Virus record (IMG/VR): IMGVR_UViG_3300030616_000016
Location: 1 to 64,000 of that record
DNA: 64,000 nucleotides
Strand: one strand, 5' to 3'
In this document: one piece after another, positions 1-10,546 of the stretch
How the letters are laid out: the number at the start of each line of letters is the position of its first letter
How positions within the stretch are numbered: position 1 is the first letter of the stretch
Translations under genes and position numbers: made by a program
Notes under the pieces: generated by a model
Databases searched by the model: none
Seen by the model: only the letters and a program-made list of their open reading frames with translations
What the model was told of the DNA's origin: nothing

Positions 1-127
1 AAGTAGTAGTTCATCTAATTCTTCAAGTAGTAGTTCATCTAATTCTTCAAGTAGTAGTTCATCTAATTCTTCAAGTAGTAGTTCATCTAATTCTTCAAGT
101 AGTAGTTCATCTAATTCTTCAAGTAGC
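1..127 (+). repeat. 24-bp tandem repeat AAGTAGTAGTTCATCTAATTCTTC x5 plus a partial copy, encoding SSSSSNSS
   Basis: Exact tandem copies seen directly. Confidence 0.95.
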
Positions 128-775
128 TCTAGAAGTAGTAGTATGAGCTCGTCTTCAAATTCGTCAGCTAGCTCAGCGTCATCTGCTAGTTCGGCGTCTC
201 CAGAGTATCCTAAAGTTGACATCACAGTATCTTGGGATGAAGATGTTCTTGTAGATACCGATGAGCTTGATTTTATGGGTAAGACATTCACCAATGGACA
301 AACCCATACCTATGACTCCAATAAATATATTCATTATGATTTTTCTGGTCGCCATGAGGAGTTTTGGAGTGCTTACACATCTGCAATTGGCAGTCACGAT
401 AGACTGATGCTTCAGAATTCTTGGAGAAACTACCCTTGGACAACCTATTACACTTTTACGCATGATTTTTATAATGCTGACGTTTATCTCTTTCAAGAAT
501 GGTCTCCTGACAAAAAATTAGACATGGAAAGGTATGATATATTCTGGTACACTCTTACACCTTCACTTTCTTATACATTGACGTTTGGAACAACTTATAA
601 TACAGTGTCAGCTGGTGTTTCTACTAAAAACCAGGACGCAAGCTCATTGCCATTTTCTAAGAATATTGCAGACGGGTTATTTGGTTATGTTACTTTCACA
701 AACGGTGTTACAATCACTTGGTCAAGAAATAATTCTGTCAACTGGGGAACACAAACTGTTACACCTTATATGTAA
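2..775 (+). CDS. Ser-rich putative virion/surface protein, C-terminal part (5'-truncated by window)
   Basis: Frame is open from base 2 (agt agt agt tca tct aat...) into ORF 143..775; poly-Ser linker followed by a Trp/Tyr-rich domain. Confidence 0.7.
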   Translation, partial: SSSSSNSSSSSSSNSSSSSSSNSSSSSSSNSSSSSSSNSSSSSRSSSMSSSSNSSASSASSASSASPEYPKVDITVSWDEDVLVDTDELDFMGKTFTNGQTHTYDSNKYIHYDFSGRHEEFWSAYTSAIGSHDRLMLQNSWRNYPWTTYYTFTHDFYNADVYLFQEWSPDKKLDMERYDIFWYTLTPSLSYTLTFGTTYNTVSAGVSTKNQDASSLPFSKNIADGLFGYVTFTNGVTITWSRNNSVNWGTQTVTPYM

Positions 776-796
776 ATATTAAATGGAGAATTAATT

Positions 797-1807
797 ATGA
801 TTATTGTAAGCGGATGTCCTAGAAGTGGAACAAGTCTTATGATGGACACCTTAAGAACCGCCCTCGGAGATGATCGAATACTTGGTGCTAAATTCCCACA
901 AGAACACACTCCCAAAAAAGGACCAAACGAATCCAGCTCCCGCTTTGCGGCTAGAAAATATGTTCTTGATAAACACAAAAAATCCAGGAACAAACAACAA
1001 GAAAAAACTAAGGACATGAATCCAAATGGCTTCTTTGAGTGTCGTTATTCAGTTGGCGGTGTATTGTGGCATCTTGGAATCGAAGATATATGCACTCCTG
1101 AGAAGGTTTGCAAGGTTGTTTCTCAAGGCTTGATACATACTGATCCTAAATGGGTTGATAAGATTATATATATGATACGTCATCCAAAAGCTGTAGCTAC
1201 GTCCCAAGAGCAACTAAAACGCTCCAATCTTCCATTGGATGATCTCGGTGTAGTCCATACTCCAAAGATGTTTGTTGATACAACATATAAAGCAGCGGTT
1301 TGGCTTAAAAAATACTCTAATATTCCTATTATTATTATTGATTTTGATGATCTTATCTCTGATCCAGACAATGTCTTATCAAACGTTCAAGAATTTGTTG
1401 GAGAAGGAGATTTCTCAAGTCATCCTGTCGATAAAACCCTGAGACGCAGTAAATACAAGGATATTCCTTCTCTTCTATGGGATATGGCAGAATCTATGTA
1501 TGAAGCCATGTCAAAGCAAGACTACGACTCTGTTATTAAGACGTTTGAGTCTAACAACGGCAGTATTATAAGAGATTCTGGTCGCCATGCGTGCGCTAGG
1601 CTAGGGCGTAGAGTGTCTTATAGAGAATGCCTTAACTGTTATAATAACAAAAAAGTAGCTGCCAATTTTAGATTAAATGCTGAGAAAAGAGGAATTGTTT
1701 GGAGAGAAGAGCCATGCTTGTTTGAGTGTGGTTTTTCTTGTGAAGAAGGCTTTGATCACAAAACAATTGAAGAAAGTATATCAGAGAATCACTGGGAGGA
1801 TTTTTAA
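797..1807 (+). CDS. Sulfotransferase-family protein
   Basis: N-terminal PAPS loop GCPRSGTS, IYMIRHP motif, Cys-rich C-terminus; SD GGAG upstream. Confidence 0.75.
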   Translation: MIIVSGCPRSGTSLMMDTLRTALGDDRILGAKFPQEHTPKKGPNESSSRFAARKYVLDKHKKSRNKQQEKTKDMNPNGFFECRYSVGGVLWHLGIEDICTPEKVCKVVSQGLIHTDPKWVDKIIYMIRHPKAVATSQEQLKRSNLPLDDLGVVHTPKMFVDTTYKAAVWLKKYSNIPIIIIDFDDLISDPDNVLSNVQEFVGEGDFSSHPVDKTLRRSKYKDIPSLLWDMAESMYEAMSKQDYDSVIKTFESNNGSIIRDSGRHACARLGRRVSYRECLNCYNNKKVAANFRLNAEKRGIVWREEPCLFECGFSCEEGFDHKTIEESISENHWEDF

Positions 1808-1811
1808 TTGC

Positions 1812-2120
1812 ATGGGATTATTCAAAACTGTAAATGTTGCTAAGTTCGATATTCCTGTTAATAGCAATATTAATAACATAAATGACTTTTTTGCTTCGCG
1901 CAATATTACCGCTGGAAGGATTTTGAAGGTTAAGACCGTCCCTCGTGATGATAAAATGCAAAGCATATATGTTTTCTATATAAACGGCAAACTTGATAAT
2001 CTGCCTATACCTCCCGGCCTTGAAGGAGAACCTGGAGTTGATGGACAACAAGGCCCTGTTGGAGACACGGGAGTCAATGCATATACTGTAGAAGCTGTAT
2101 GTGTTTATTTCTATAGATAA
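1812..2120 (+). CDS. Hypothetical protein with a short collagen-like G-X-Y tract
   Basis: GLEGEPGVDGQQGPVGDTG; ATG just after the preceding stop. Confidence 0.55.
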   Translation: MGLFKTVNVAKFDIPVNSNINNINDFFASRNITAGRILKVKTVPRDDKMQSIYVFYINGKLDNLPIPPGLEGEPGVDGQQGPVGDTGVNAYTVEAVCVYFYR

Positions 2121-2123
2121 TCA

Positions 2124-2151
2124 TTGAAAATAACTCATAAGGCGTTATAAT
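2124..2151 (+). promoter_or_regulatory. sigma70-like promoter TTGAAA-N16-TATAAT
   Basis: Intergenic, upstream of 2207 gene. Confidence 0.6.
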
Positions 2152-2206
2152 TATTATAGTAACATGAATTATTTTATTCACTAGTAATTATAATGAGGTC
2201 AGATAA

Positions 2207-3769
2207 ATGGCAATAATCAATCCAGTACCAGACACTCCGCTAGGCCCAGATCACCTCAAGGTCCATGATGTTATTAGATCAGATGACGCTGCTCCAAATC
2301 AGTCACTTTGGGTAGATGCATCTGGTAGAATCAATACTCAGGCTAATGGTATTTATATAGGTGAAAGCTATATCGCACGTGATTCTGTTTCTAATGAATT
2401 GAATATTGCCAATATTGACGCTTCTAATGAAATAAATTATGGCGATGAAGATTATGATGTTAATATCGATGCTTCTAATGAAATAAATATGCACGCGGAT
2501 GTTGATATGAATGGCAATTCATTGACAAATGCCGCCGGTTTAATTTCTCAATGGACCAATGATTCTTCTTATGAGCTTCAATCCAATAAAGGATCCGCGC
2601 TTGGCTATGCTTCATTGGATGGCGGTGGTAAAGTTCTTGTGTCAGAACTTCCTTCTGCTGTTATGATATACAAGGGCACATGGGATGCTTCAACTAATAC
2701 TCCGACGCTCGCAGATGGTTCAGGGGACGCTGGAGATGTTTATAGAGTATCAGTAGCGGGAACTCAGGATCTTGGCTCAGGAAGCATAACATTTGGCGTA
2801 GGAGACTATTGTATTTATAATGGTTCAACCTGGGAGAAATCTGATACGACTGATGCTGTCGCTTCTGTCAACGGATATACAGGGGTGGTTGCTCTTGCTC
2901 ATTCAGACATCAATACAATCCTTGGTGATGGTGAGTATCATTTGGACTCAGCCACGGAATCAGCCTTGACGGATGCTAATGCTCAATTATCAGCACTACA
3001 TACGGATGGGACGCCGACTTTTACATCTGTAACTACCGACACAGTTCGGGCGATTGATGGTGACGGACTTCAATTATTTGATGATGGGGGGAATGGAATA
3101 TTTGTTAAAGATGGTGGAAATGTTGGTTTCAACACAACTGATATTGAAAGCGCTGGCTCAACATATAAAGCTATTGAGGCGTATGCTTCAACGCTGGTTT
3201 TTGGTGCGTCAACTGCTGGACTTGGCCTTGCTTCAAATGCTTACAATGATGGAGCTTGGAAAAGAAAAATAGCAGATGAGGCCGCAATGATTTATATGTC
3301 TACAAGTGGAGGTATATATTTGCGAACCGCTGGTTCTGATTCCGCTGATTCTACTATCAGTTGGACTGAGGCAATTAGGGTTCATAATAGTGGTAATGTT
3401 TCAGTTGGTACAGCAGACTTTCCAACCCCAGCCAGTTATAAATTTTTTGTCAAAGCATCAGATACTGGATTGGCTGATGCTGATTTTTATGCTTCAGCAG
3501 TTGCTGCGTTTGAATGTAATGGGGCTTGTTATTTAAATTTTGTAACACCTAATGATCAACCAGGCGGTATAGCAATGCAGGATGAAGATGGGCATACAGC
3601 TACTCTTGATTATGATCATAACACAAATAGTTTTAGAATGTCTGGCGTAGGATGGACTGATACATTACATATTACTAATGCTGTTGATACAGGTGGAACT
3701 GATTCTGGATATATAACATTATCTGTTGGTGGTACAACTAGGTATATTAGACTTAATAGTACGAGTTAG
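2207..3769 (+). CDS. Tail fibre / virion appendage-like protein
   Basis: Gly/Asp/Ser/Thr-rich; YKGTWDASTNTPTL, VASVNGYTGVV and GNVG motifs typical of phage fibre proteins. Confidence 0.6.
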   Translation: MAIINPVPDTPLGPDHLKVHDVIRSDDAAPNQSLWVDASGRINTQANGIYIGESYIARDSVSNELNIANIDASNEINYGDEDYDVNIDASNEINMHADVDMNGNSLTNAAGLISQWTNDSSYELQSNKGSALGYASLDGGGKVLVSELPSAVMIYKGTWDASTNTPTLADGSGDAGDVYRVSVAGTQDLGSGSITFGVGDYCIYNGSTWEKSDTTDAVASVNGYTGVVALAHSDINTILGDGEYHLDSATESALTDANAQLSALHTDGTPTFTSVTTDTVRAIDGDGLQLFDDGGNGIFVKDGGNVGFNTTDIESAGSTYKAIEAYASTLVFGASTAGLGLASNAYNDGAWKRKIADEAAMIYMSTSGGIYLRTAGSDSADSTISWTEAIRVHNSGNVSVGTADFPTPASYKFFVKASDTGLADADFYASAVAAFECNGACYLNFVTPNDQPGGIAMQDEDGHTATLDYDHNTNSFRMSGVGWTDTLHITNAVDTGGTDSGYITLSVGGTTRYIRLNSTS

Positions 3770-3806
3770 AATATGAAAATCAAACGAACCATATTTAGTA
3801 GACCAT

Positions 3807-4010
3807 ATGCATTTAATAACAAAGTTTCGTCGCGATGTCGAAACACAGGCGTTTATCAAGGAAATGCTTATTAGAGATATGAATGCACAGTTATATAATA
3901 ACTATTTGAATGATATGTTTAATGATTATTGGGGCGCGTTTTCTTTTCTAGATGCGCTTAATGATATATCGCATGTTAGGAATATTAAGGAGAATGTAAA
4001 TGAAGGTTAA
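3807..4010 (+). CDS. Hypothetical protein
   Basis: ORF coupled to the next gene. Confidence 0.4.
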   Translation: MHLITKFRRDVETQAFIKEMLIRDMNAQLYNNYLNDMFNDYWGAFSFLDALNDISHVRNIKENVNEG

Positions 4011-4422
4011 AGAAATAGTTTCTACTGTTGAAGGAATCGAGATATCACTTAAAGCAGATTGGACTCCTAAACAAGCTAATTGCTTATCAAAAATAAAGCG
4101 TGCTCTTGTTGGAGAATATGAAGACTATATGGAATCTGTTAAAGCTTACGATAATGCTAGAATTAAGCTTGTAAAAGAATTTGCTGAGAAAGATAAAGAC
4201 GGCAATCCTGTTTTTACAGATGATAATTCTAGTTATAAAATAGTAGACACAGCTGGTTTTAGAAACAAATATGAAGAGAAAATAAAGCCACTTGTTGATG
4301 AACTTGAAGAAATATCGAATAAGGAAATTGATATAAAGTTTGATAAATTTAATATTGATGATTTCCCTAAAAACTGTCCCGCTGAAGCTGTTTATAAAAT
4401 GTATGCTTTGATAGAAGACTAG
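4000..4422 (+). CDS. Hypothetical phage protein (possible fibre-associated chaperone)
   Basis: SD AAGGAG; acidic helical protein downstream of the fibre gene. Confidence 0.55.
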   Translation: MKVKEIVSTVEGIEISLKADWTPKQANCLSKIKRALVGEYEDYMESVKAYDNARIKLVKEFAEKDKDGNPVFTDDNSSYKIVDTAGFRNKYEEKIKPLVDELEEISNKEIDIKFDKFNIDDFPKNCPAEAVYKMYALIED

Positions 4423-4442
4423 ATTAGATGGAGTAACGAAGT

Positions 4443-6401
4443 GTGGCGAAGAGTTATTGGAATGATCCTTATGCGAGTTGGAATGACCCATGTTATACAT
4501 GGCAGGGAGATAATTTTTGCTCGTCTTCCAGTAGTGCTTCATCTGATTCTAGTTCATCAGTGTCAAGCTCAAGTTCTGTTTCTAGCTCAAGTGTATCGAG
4601 TAGTTCAAGGTCATCTGATTCAAGTTCTAGTATCAGCTCTTCGAGCAGATCTTCATCAAGTATAAGTTCAGATAGTTCATCATCTATTTCAAGTTCTAGT
4701 AGCTCAATATCAAGTCTATCGTCGTCTAGCATTAGCTCTGATTCTAGCAGTAGTATTTCAAGCGACAGTTCTTCTTCTGTATCATCTGATTCATCTTCCA
4801 GTAATTCATCATCGTCTTATGCATCTTATTTAAAATACTATGAAGACTGGACTAATCTTGATGACTGGACGACTACAGACGGAACTCCAACTGTAGGTTC
4901 TGCTCTTAGCTCACCTCCGTTTTCTGGTAATGTGTTAAAACTGGATGATGGAGATCCTGATTGTGGAGTATCGCAAGATTTCTCTCCAGTGTTAGGTATT
5001 AATCCTCATATAACTTGGTATTTTTACGCACATAATAGCGACGATCTTGAAATCCAGCTTTATGATAATAATAATGATTTAATTGTAAAAGCGGGGTTTT
5101 TAAGTGTTCAGAATGTATTATACACTGAAAATGGAGCTCAACAAACAGAGTTAGGTGGATGGAGCACAAAGACATGGTACAAGTTAGAGCTAAAGGATTG
5201 GGATTGGCAAAATGAGACTGTTGGATTTTATCTAAACGGTGTTAAGAAGTGGGACGCAAATATCTATGCCGGAACAAAGAGTATCAGATATATTAAGTTT
5301 TTATCTGGCGGTACTTTTGGTACTCAGGTTGGTCCTTTAAATATAAACGAAACTCAGCCTTCAAGCAAGTCTTCGAAGAGCAGTAGGTCAGGATCATCAA
5401 AAAGTTCCAAGAGTAGTAAATCTAGTTTAAGTTCTAGCTCTTCTGACAGTAGTGCATCGTCAGACAGCAGCCGCAGTAGCAGTTCTATCAGTTCAGATTC
5501 ATCGAGTTCCATTAGCAGCAGTTCAATTTCTAGCGATTCGTCGTCTAGTACTTCCTCTTCAAGTATAAGCTCTGATAGCTCAAGTAGTGTTAGTTCTGAT
5601 AGTTCTTCTAGTGTTAGTTCTACATCTAGTGATAGCTCATCTTCTGTCTCAAGCGATAGCAGCTCGTCTATATCTTCTTCAAGTATATCTTCTTCAAGTA
5701 CTTCCTCTTCGAGTGTGTCTTCTTCAAGTACTTCCTCTGATAGTAGTTCTTCATTAAGCTCAGACAGCTCTAGTTCAGTCAGCTCTGACAGTAGTTCATC
5801 GATAAGCAGTAGCTTGTCTTCTTCAAGTTCTGTTAGTTCTTCTAGTATATCTTCATCCAGTAGTGTATCTGATAGCAGCGTATCTTCTAGTAGCTCGAAG
5901 AGCAGCTCTTCAGTAAGTAGCAGCTCTACTAGCTCCTCTTCAGTAAGTAGTTTGTCTTCGACGAGTAGCTCATCTATTAGCTCTGAATCCAGTTCTTCAA
6001 GATCTTCATATAGCTCTAGTAGTATTTCTTCCGATAGCTCAGATAGTTCTAGTAGTACATCAAGCTCTTCTTCTTTATCTAGATCTTCTTTTAGTTCCAG
6101 TTCTGTATCGTCTTATAGCAGTCAATCAAGCTTAAGCAGTTTCTCTAGTTCTAGCGCTCAAAAAACACTACAGGCTGTTTGTTGTGTGAGACTTGAAGAT
6201 CCTATTGTTACCAAAGATGGCTATACTGTTGATGATTGGGCGCCAGGTAATTACTATTATATTGGTCCTTGGACTATATATGTAAGCAAATCCCAGTGTG
6301 ATCCGAATGCTCCATTTGATACTCCTTGCTGTCCTCCATGTGCATCTTGTTTTTCATCAAGCAGTTCTAGCACTAGTTCTTCTAGTAGCTCTGGCGCATG
6401 A
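4443..6401 (+). CDS. Poly-Ser (mucin-like) protein with a central lectin/ConA-like beta domain and Cys-rich C-terminus
   Basis: Two long Ser tracts flank a domain with WSTKTWYKLEL...FYLNG. Confidence 0.65.
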   Translation: MAKSYWNDPYASWNDPCYTWQGDNFCSSSSSASSDSSSSVSSSSSVSSSSVSSSSRSSDSSSSISSSSRSSSSISSDSSSSISSSSSSISSLSSSSISSDSSSSISSDSSSSVSSDSSSSNSSSSYASYLKYYEDWTNLDDWTTTDGTPTVGSALSSPPFSGNVLKLDDGDPDCGVSQDFSPVLGINPHITWYFYAHNSDDLEIQLYDNNNDLIVKAGFLSVQNVLYTENGAQQTELGGWSTKTWYKLELKDWDWQNETVGFYLNGVKKWDANIYAGTKSIRYIKFLSGGTFGTQVGPLNINETQPSSKSSKSSRSGSSKSSKSSKSSLSSSSSDSSASSDSSRSSSSISSDSSSSISSSSISSDSSSSTSSSSISSDSSSSVSSDSSSSVSSTSSDSSSSVSSDSSSSISSSSISSSSTSSSSVSSSSTSSDSSSSLSSDSSSSVSSDSSSSISSSLSSSSSVSSSSISSSSSVSDSSVSSSSSKSSSSVSSSSTSSSSVSSLSSTSSSSISSESSSSRSSYSSSSISSDSSDSSSSTSSSSSLSRSSFSSSSVSSYSSQSSLSSFSSSSAQKTLQAVCCVRLEDPIVTKDGYTVDDWAPGNYYYIGPWTIYVSKSQCDPNAPFDTPCCPPCASCFSSSSSSTSSSSSSGA

Positions 6402-6417
6402 CATCATACATTACCTA

Positions 6418-6445
6418 TTGACATTTAATCATTAATGTGTATAAT
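6418..6445 (+). promoter_or_regulatory. sigma70-like promoter TTGACA-N16-TATAAT
   Basis: Perfect hexamers, intergenic. Confidence 0.75.
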
Positions 6446-6488
6446 TATACCCTTTTAGTTTCTGCAACTTATTTAATGGAGGTTAAAT

Positions 6489-6680
6489 ATGCAGAGTATT
6501 AAGAATTGGTTTAAGAATGTTATTGGTGAAGCAGTTAGCAGTAAGAAAACTCTTGCAACAGCAGGCGTTGTTGGAACACTTGGGCTTACCAATCCTAAGT
6601 ATGTTCTTATTGCTTTCGGTATCTGGTGTGTATGTCAGGCAGCAGTTGATGTTGCTAAGGTAATGAAGGGTAGTAAATAG
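6489..6680 (+). CDS. Small membrane protein (holin-like)
   Basis: SD GGAGG; two short hydrophobic segments, SSKK motif. Confidence 0.5.
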   Translation: MQSIKNWFKNVIGEAVSSKKTLATAGVVGTLGLTNPKYVLIAFGIWCVCQAAVDVAKVMKGSK

Positions 6681-6700
6681 TTATTATTGTGCCCTAATAA

Positions 6701-6735
6701 AAATAAAGCCCGTCATTAAGGCGGGCTTTTTATTT
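6701..6735. terminator. Bidirectional intrinsic terminator
   Basis: AAAGCCCG...CGGGCTTTTTATTT between convergent genes. Confidence 0.85.
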
Positions 6736-6739
6736 GTAC

Positions 6740-7048
6740 TTAGGTTACTGTGATGTTCCATTGATAGTCGCCATCTATTTCACATCCACAAAATGAACAT
6801 AGTTTCTTTGAATCGTTTTTACTATAACTAATATTATATGTTCTTACTATATCGCCCTCTAATACTACATCAAAGTGCGGTGAAACTCCTATGATCCTTA
6901 TCATGTTTCTTTCCCAGTTATTTTCTGTTGTCAAAATTGTTAGCTTCATTGCTCTGAATACTTCACACAACTCATCAAAATTATTGTTATAAAACTCAGC
7001 TGCGATATATATTATGCCTCTTCTTTCTAATAGTCCTGGCTTACTCAT
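6740..7048 (-). CDS. Hypothetical protein with C-terminal CxxCG
   Basis: ORF overlapping upstream stop. Confidence 0.55.
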   Translation of the reverse strand: MSKPGLLERRGIIYIAAEFYNNNFDELCEVFRAMKLTILTTENNWERNMIRIIGVSPHFDVVLEGDIVRTYNISYSKNDSKKLCSFCGCEIDGDYQWNITVT

Positions 7049-7851
7049 CTGTTGTCTCCTAGTTCTATTGCTCTGTCTACCATATTTCCTATCTTTAATA
7101 TAGACTGCTTGTTGTCATATCCTTTCAGTAATGCGTCCACCATTCTATTGATTCCGTTTGGCTCTGCGAAGTTAAAATGCATTCCCTGGTTTACCCTGTA
7201 CATAAATATATGCCTTATTTTTTCTTCAAACCCACTGTCAAGTGAAACCATTACTTGGACCTTAATATCCTTGACTTGTCTTGTGTTAAATGTCATTTTT
7301 ACTTTTGATGTTGTAGGAAACCCACATGCATTTTTACTTGTAGTTTGTACCACTCCATCTACACTAAAGCTGTAATCTTCACCCATTATTTTGTCTAGCA
7401 GACTAAAAGCATGAGTACCTAGAATAGATAGTACGTGTTCTTGTCTGAATCTTCCTTGTTGCTCTATGTATATTTTAATCTCTTTATTATATATATCGAA
7501 TGCCGATAATATATCGCTTTCCAATGTTTCAGTCATGAATGTATATGTATAGTCGCAGGCTAAAAGCGTTCCTTGATCTATTGACATATCACATAAAGCC
7601 TTTGCATCTCTTAGATTACAAGTGAATGCCTTTTCACACATAACATCTTTACCATGTCTAATGCAATCGCTTACTATTTTGTAGTGAGTATTAACCGGCG
7701 TGGCTACTATGACTCTATTTATTCTTGGATCTGTTAATATATGTTTGTAGTCTCTCGTGGCAGTGACTACTTCCATGTCTTTAATTGATTTCAATGCTTG
7801 CTTGATCTTACTACCCCAATACCCTACGCCTATTAGTCCTATTTTAGCCAT
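7045..7851 (-). CDS. Gfo/Idh/MocA-family oxidoreductase
   Basis: GLIGVGYWG Rossmann motif, ATP..H, CEK. Confidence 0.85.
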   Translation of the reverse strand: MAKIGLIGVGYWGSKIKQALKSIKDMEVVTATRDYKHILTDPRINRVIVATPVNTHYKIVSDCIRHGKDVMCEKAFTCNLRDAKALCDMSIDQGTLLACDYTYTFMTETLESDILSAFDIYNKEIKIYIEQQGRFRQEHVLSILGTHAFSLLDKIMGEDYSFSVDGVVQTTSKNACGFPTTSKVKMTFNTRQVKDIKVQVMVSLDSGFEEKIRHIFMYRVNQGMHFNFAEPNGINRMVDALLKGYDNKQSILKIGNMVDRAIELGDNR

Positions 7852-8377
7852 TTTTATGCCCTGAGTATAGTTCTGCCGCTATTTTCTTTTCTTCTTCAGT
7901 AACTGCACCTAAAATGTCTTCTACAAGCTCTATTGTTATATTGCTGTAGTCTGGATCTTGGTATGTGGTAGATAGATTTTGCATTGTGAGCAATGATGTT
8001 CTAAGCAGTTCTTCATTTGATCTGTTTTTGATGATTTTGGCTGGGTTTCCTACTGCTATAGTTTTATCTGGTATGTTTTTTGTGACAACGCTGCCGGCTC
8101 CAACTAGACTTCTGCTCCCTATTGTCACCCCTGGTAATATAATGGATCCATATCCAATGTATGCATAGTCTCCTATGCGTATTTTAAGTCCGCCTGGCCT
8201 CATACTATTACTTGGACAATGAGTCGCTACAAATACATTCCCTGCTACAATTGCATATTTACCAATGATAACATCTCTTGTATGTAGATCTATTGTGCCC
8301 CATATTCTAGTTCCTTCGCCTATCTGTATTCCATTCTTTATCAGGTGGGTATTTTTATCATGTGTCAGGCTCTTCAT
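7844..8377 (-). CDS. Hexapeptide-repeat (LbH) acyltransferase
   Basis: IGDYAYIGYGSIILPGVTIG...GAGSVVTK...GNPA. Confidence 0.9.
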   Translation of the reverse strand: MKSLTHDKNTHLIKNGIQIGEGTRIWGTIDLHTRDVIIGKYAIVAGNVFVATHCPSNSMRPGGLKIRIGDYAYIGYGSIILPGVTIGSRSLVGAGSVVTKNIPDKTIAVGNPAKIIKNRSNEELLRTSLLTMQNLSTTYQDPDYSNITIELVEDILGAVTEEEKKIAAELYSGHKNG

Positions 8378-8380
8378 ACT

Positions 8381-10546
8381 CTACTCCAATGGGTCTTTGA
8401 CCTTGCCTTGGTTTACTAGTTTGCAGTATTCGGTATTGCATTCGAGTGCCATTCGATTACCCCTAAATCCATGAGCAAAACACTTCTCTCTTGGATTAAA
8501 TGTTGGGTCTTGTGCGCGTAATAGTACTTGCTCAAATTCTTCTATGTCGCTAGTAATTTTAGCAATTCTTAAATGTTCTGCTGTAGGAGTGCTTACTGTT
8601 GAGCATGGATAGAAGTAGCCGTCCGCTCCAAGAGTTATCTGGAAGTAGCCATATACACAATGATCAAAGTCAAATCTTTCTATATCTGTAAACCATGGAT
8701 AATTCCAGAATATATATGGTTTCTCATCTTTGCTTTCTGAAACAAGTGGCGCCAGCCACGCTTCATATTGTTTATCTCCCGGCACTTCAACCATTTCTTT
8801 ATACTTCTTTACATCGTCAAATGATTGATTGTACATAGCGAATGGTATAGAAAACCTTACAGAGTCTACTCCAATGTCTTTTGCTATATTCACAAGCGTG
8901 GAGAACTTCTCAGGGCTTGCTGTGTGCTCTGATATTAGGTATCCTAGCCTTATAGCATGTCCTTTGCCTGCTTTCTCTCTGATGTCCACAGCGCGCTTAA
9001 GAGCGTCTATAACCTCCCAGAACCTTTCTGTGTGTCTATGTCGCTTAACCTTTCCCCATCCCCATGGAGTAGCTGCGTCTAATGAAACCTGAAGATATGA
9101 TATAGTATCACCGTCGGCTAGTCTGTTGAGTTCAGTAAGAAAGCCGGTTTCTTGGTCTAGGCGTTTGAGAGCATATCCGTTGGTATGTATACCAAAGTGA
9201 TTTCCATATTCTCTCGTTTTAGCCATGAATGTCATAAAGTATGGATTCATAAGAGGTTCTGTATATGCACCTCCATATATATGCTGTGGAATTCGTCCTG
9301 CTATATTATCCAGAAGATGAAGACCCGTTATTTCCCAATCACCAAGTGCCTTTATGAACTTTTCGCCCGCACAATTTTTTGATACAAAACCGTTGGCTAC
9401 ATAGTTACCAGTTCCAGTTTCTATGCTATATACATCTTGCATACTTCCCTGCTCAATAGCAATAATTTTTGCATTTCCATGTATGGTACCGTCAAAAATT
9501 GCCTTTCTTTTCCTGGTTATTGATGGATTAGTTATACTAAAAAATTTGATGATGTCAGATGTTTTTGAAACTCGTATTTGAGTTTGTGCTTTGTTAACGC
9601 CCTCTCTTGTGGAAATTCCATATCTAACTTCTATAATATCTAATGCTTTTTTGATACGGTCTATTATATTATTATCTGTATTAGATATGGCAATTGTAGT
9701 TGTGGAATATGATCCTTCTGCATCGAAAATGCCACTTAGGAATCCTATCATAAAATCATATGATTTTTTGTGTGATTCCATAATGTTTTGTATTTCATCA
9801 ACTTGTGATTGAATATTTACCTGTATATAATGCAATTCTTTATTTGTACCTTGCATCTTTCCGCTACAAAATTTTAGATGTGGCATATATGATTTAAATC
9901 TTTGTATTGCTTCATAGTCTGTAAGGGCTAGTCTAAAGTTTCTGCATTTTTCATCATATGCTTTGCCGTACCTCTTCCTTTTATACATATGATTTCTCAG
10001 GCACCCATCGCCATTTGCGATACCACATATCCACCCTTCCTTAAAATCTTTACTTTCTGTACATGTTTTGCTTGGATATGATATCCATCTGATGTTTCTT
10101 GAGTGTCTTTTAGTTGCCTCTGTATATCTTTGATCTATTCTTAGCCATTTATGGTCTGGTGTGCATTCTGTAACACCTTTATTTGTTATAAGTTTGATTG
10201 TTTCTGCTTGCCTAATGCCAATCCATTTGACTTTTGTTTTGGTATTTTTCCAGTGAGTTCCGGATATGCCTTTCTTGAATCCGATCAGCTCGTCTCCTAC
10301 CCGTAAATCCTGTATCGGCTTATATTTTAGTTCGCTTGTTAAAACCATTGTATCTGCAGCATGACAATATTCACAAGACAATTGACAAGGCTTGATATGA
10401 TCTGCCGGCAGGTGTATTTCAAACTGTTTTGGATATACTGGTTTGCCATTGAAGAACTGAGACGGATCATCTTTCATATGGTTCATCAACTGATCCCAGT
10501 ATAAGTATTCCTTTATCCTTGGGTCTTCTCTTTCATTCTCAATCAT
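8381..10546 (-). CDS. Radical SAM protein with SPASM/twitch-like C-terminus, intein-containing
   Basis: CQLSCEY|intein|C reconstitutes CxxxCxxC; GGAYTEP, HTNG, VSLDA motifs. Confidence 0.85.
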   Translation of the reverse strand: MIENEREDPRIKEYLYWDQLMNHMKDDPSQFFNGKPVYPKQFEIHLPADHIKPCQLSCEYCHAADTMVLTSELKYKPIQDLRVGDELIGFKKGISGTHWKNTKTKVKWIGIRQAETIKLITNKGVTECTPDHKWLRIDQRYTEATKRHSRNIRWISYPSKTCTESKDFKEGWICGIANGDGCLRNHMYKRKRYGKAYDEKCRNFRLALTDYEAIQRFKSYMPHLKFCSGKMQGTNKELHYIQVNIQSQVDEIQNIMESHKKSYDFMIGFLSGIFDAEGSYSTTTIAISNTDNNIIDRIKKALDIIEVRYGISTREGVNKAQTQIRVSKTSDIIKFFSITNPSITRKRKAIFDGTIHGNAKIIAIEQGSMQDVYSIETGTGNYVANGFVSKNCAGEKFIKALGDWEITGLHLLDNIAGRIPQHIYGGAYTEPLMNPYFMTFMAKTREYGNHFGIHTNGYALKRLDQETGFLTELNRLADGDTISYLQVSLDAATPWGWGKVKRHRHTERFWEVIDALKRAVDIREKAGKGHAIRLGYLISEHTASPEKFSTLVNIAKDIGVDSVRFSIPFAMYNQSFDDVKKYKEMVEVPGDKQYEAWLAPLVSESKDEKPYIFWNYPWFTDIERFDFDHCVYGYFQITLGADGYFYPCSTVSTPTAEHLRIAKITSDIEEFEQVLLRAQDPTFNPREKCFAHGFRGNRMALECNTEYCKLVNQGKVKDPLE
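9374..10366 (-). mobile_element. LAGLIDADG intein (331 aa) in the radical SAM gene
   Basis: Begins CHAADTMVL, TPDH block B, GIANGDG and GIFDAEG motifs, ends YVANGFVSKN followed by C. Confidence 0.9.
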
